The notes below the pieces were generated by a model. The model saw nothing but the letters and a program-made list of their open reading frames with translations. It did no database searches and had not been told where the DNA came from. This document shows positions 63,961-64,000 of a stretch of DNA of 64,000 nt, in pieces; positions within the stretch are counted from its first letter, which is position 1; each line of letters starts with the position of its first letter. The position numbers and the translations under genes were made by a program. The stretch spans positions 18,950 through 82,949 of the forward strand of contig CAYJMD010000001.1 in assembly GCA_964371585.1 (NCBI GenBank), read 5' to 3'. This DNA comes from an uncultured Clostridiaceae bacterium. GTDB lineage: Bacteria; Bacillota; Clostridia; TANB77; CAG-465.

Positions 63961-64000
63961 TGAATAAAGAAAAATTAAAAATAAGAAAGATAATTAAAAA
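63961..64000 (+). CDS. Start of a further ORF (partial, continues beyond the window).
   Basis: RBS AAGGAG followed by ATG. Confidence 0.3.

Noticed and set aside
1-64000. CRISPR arrays, IS elements or prophage.
   Set aside because: No regularly spaced direct repeats, transposase or integrase ORFs, or phage structural genes are visible.

Overview
This 64 kb window is a very AT-rich chromosomal segment, roughly 25-30% GC by eye. It has strong AGGAGG-type ribosome-binding sites, sigma-A promoters with TGn-extended -10 boxes, and low-GC Firmicutes / Clostridia-type operon organisation. About 60 of 61 genes are on the + strand. Most of the window is housekeeping core: coaE-like/coaD, a stand-alone mreB-like gene, corA, pcrA, ddl, an Asp23 stress module, nusB-xseA-xseB, dnaG-rpoD, rnj-gltX-ileS, nifS-dtxR-like-mnmA, secG-rnr, trmB, a tRNA-His/tRNA-Gln pair, and ylxM-ffh-rpsP-KH-rimM-trmD-rplS. 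No CRISPR arrays, integrases, transposases or phage structural genes were seen. Accessory-looking patches lie between these blocks. The first is a 5' locus with a CBM9-like surface protein, a RelA/SpoT-type alarmone synthetase carrying a large coiled-coil insertion, and an A11 tract inside a promoter spacer. The second is a YdjGHI/PspA-associated-like membrane-stress module (Tim44-like, SPFH/Band-7 with zinc ribbons, a zinc-ribbon protein) that has a ClpC-paralogue unfoldase in place of pspA. The third is a separate divergent ClpX paralogue. The fourth is a 3' island of hypothetical genes bracketed by two paralogous histidine-phosphatase genes, containing an 890-aa multidomain protein. All calls come from reading the translated ORFs and DNA motifs by eye. 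No database searches were run.
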